Positions 31,760 to 32,000 of a DNA stretch of 32,000 nt are shown here, in pieces; within the stretch, counting starts at the first letter, position 1; the number at the start of each line of letters is the position of its first letter. This DNA is from Geotalea uraniireducens Rf4 (GTDB taxonomy: Bacteria > Desulfobacterota > Desulfuromonadia > Geobacterales > Geobacteraceae): assembly GCF_000016745.1 (NCBI RefSeq), contig NC_009483.1:840001-872000 (forward strand). The letters are read 5' to 3'. A model generated the notes under the pieces. The model was given only the letters and a program-made list of their open reading frames with translations, made no database searches and was not told where the DNA came from. Both the position numbers and the translations under genes were made by a program.

Positions 31760-32000
31760 ATGACACTATTTAATACGCAGACACTCAAACATCTTGTCAT
31801 CATCATGCTTCTGGTCCTGGTCAGCGGATGCAGCGGCACATCGGCAAACGGCACCGGCTCCATTGCGGCAAAACTCGCCTGGCGTACCAGTAAAGTCGCG
31901 GTCAAGGGCGTCGCAGCATTGCCTGCGGCTCCTGCCGGTGTGGTGACGGTCAGGATCATTATTTCCGGCAGCGGCATGACCACCATGCAGCAGGACTTTG
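31760..32000 (+). CDS. lipoprotein, 3' partial (runs off the window)
   Basis: Not in the supplied ORF track because it has no stop. The ATG at 31760 is preceded by AAGGGG with an 8-nt spacer. Translation MTLFNTQTLKHLVIIMLLVLVSGCSG... has a lipobox (VSGC). The frame is open for 80 codons to the window end. Confidence 0.6.
   Translation, partial: MTLFNTQTLKHLVIIMLLVLVSGCSGTSANGTGSIAAKLAWRTSKVAVKGVAALPAAPAGVVTVRIIISGSGMTTMQQDF

Overview
GC-rich bacterial chromosomal window. Gene content looks Geobacter-like (Desulfuromonadota): c-type cytochrome, several Fe-S proteins, Che-like and c-di-GMP signalling. That taxonomic guess is inference only. All protein calls come from motifs I recognise in the supplied translations; no database search was run. 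No rRNA, tRNA, CRISPR array, transposase or integrase was seen.

Plus-strand genes, left part (1-6662): a 5'-truncated modular cytochrome c; a YitJ-type homocysteine methyltransferase/MTHFR fusion; a small lipoprotein; a small sirohaem sulfite/nitrite-reductase-like protein; TtcA; a membrane polyferredoxin. A convergent dedA lies on the minus strand.

Long minus-strand block (6758-23359): vapBC, dksA, rimO, yajQ, two tandem LolA-fold secreted proteins, a Che-like operon (cheC-cheA-cheY-cheW-mcp, then cheR), PilZ, a BON protein, two small unknown genes, a class I aminotransferase, an SH3-like secreted protein, a WbuC-like cupin and a VOC protein.

Plus-strand genes, right part (23526-32000): a thiolase-like protein with an apparent Cys->Ser change at the nucleophile and a fused OB-like tail, plus an HTH/Zn-ribbon protein; a membrane GGDEF cyclase; a 7TMR-DISM histidine kinase with a LuxR-type regulator; a lipoprotein built of six tandem beta-sandwich repeats; a further, partial lipoprotein.

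Most unusual observations:
- The Che-like module lacks CheB/CheD and the CheA P2 domain, and is embedded among lipid/lipoprotein-binding and c-di-GMP-binding proteins instead of motility genes.
- A GTCGGYR heptamer repeat family occurs at two loci, each directly upstream of a ribosome-binding site.
- A structured leader plus intrinsic terminator sits 41 nt upstream of the aminotransferase start.
- The thiolase-like/OB/Zn-ribbon gene pair.
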